Assembly: GCA_973851085.1 (NCBI GenBank)
Contig: OZ316775.1
Location: forward strand, 3,720,001-3,784,000
Origin: Ptychomitrium polyphyllum
Lineage: Eukaryota
Direction: 5' to 3'
DNA length: 64,000 nt
Of the stretch, positions 63,427-64,000 are shown piece after piece. Under the pieces are notes generated by a model that was given only the letters and a program-made list of their open reading frames with translations, did no database searches and was not told where the DNA came from. The translations under genes and the position numbers were made by a program. The stretch's first letter is position 1. The number at the start of each line of letters is the position of its first letter.

Positions 63427-64000
63427 TGTCACTCCAATGGTATGAACAACCAAATGGCAGCTCACGGCCTATGCCCCGTCCTATCACCCAGATGCCTTAG
63501 CTTATCATCTGGGAAGCCCTGACCATCGCAACTTCTTACCCCTCCAGAAAACTCCGCTAACGCAGGCAAGCCACCTGCTGCTCACCTGACAACGAATAAC
63601 TCACACTCGAAATAGCGCCATCACGTTCGACACCCTTTGCTTCAGTGGTGGCTAGCTCTTCACCCAGTGATTCCAGCTCCTGAACGACCAAGCATTAGGT
63701 TAGATCGGCAGCTGAACACAATCCACGAGTAAATATCTTCAACGTCACACGACATCAATGTGGCACGGCATGTTCTGTCACAAAAAAGACTTCTGCTTCG
63801 CAGCCTGCAGGTCGACATCTGAACCCGACGTCACAAAACTGTGAGTGCCCTTGGAGAAAATCTATCGTTCACAGACGTTCCTCGACTCGTCTCAAGAATA
63901 GATGTAGTCAAAGACGTGATCACAACCAAGCCGTCGTCGAACTCAATTGGACGCCGCTGTCAAGGTGCAGTGTGAGGAAACCGCCGAACGGGGCTGATTC

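Noticed and set aside
57077..63522. Long plus-strand ORFs antisense to DYRKP (e.g. 58563-59279)
   Set aside because: Shadow frames of GC-rich exons and introns with no motifs or splice support.

Overview
Eukaryotic, intron-rich land-plant DNA, most likely a moss (inferred from gene families, chromovirus type and composition; species not determined). Most ORF-track entries are spurious or exon-plus-intron fragments, so I rebuilt gene models by hand from splice sites and phase checks. Six spliced protein genes are supported: a DUF1442/SAM-methyltransferase-like gene (minus), PLAA/DOA1 (plus, 21 exons), a WIP/STOP1/IDD-related C2H2 zinc-finger factor (minus), an uncharacterised CinA/PncC-like + HxGH nucleotidyltransferase fusion (plus, 12 exons), a GID1-like carboxylesterase (minus) and a DYRKP kinase (minus, at least 13 exons). 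An AT-rich block (~22.8-39.4 kb) holds a decayed Ty3/gypsy chromovirus carrying two nested solo-LTR-like insertions whose removal restores the gag and protease frames. PIF/Harbinger and probable MULE relics are also present. The best leads are the PncC-like/NadD-like fusion (possible plant NMN/NaMN salvage or sensing protein, with a candidate spliced uORF) and GATAC/GTATC palindrome clusters shared by two promoters. No rRNA, tRNA or CRISPR features were found. Family assignments are from recalled motifs; no searches were run.
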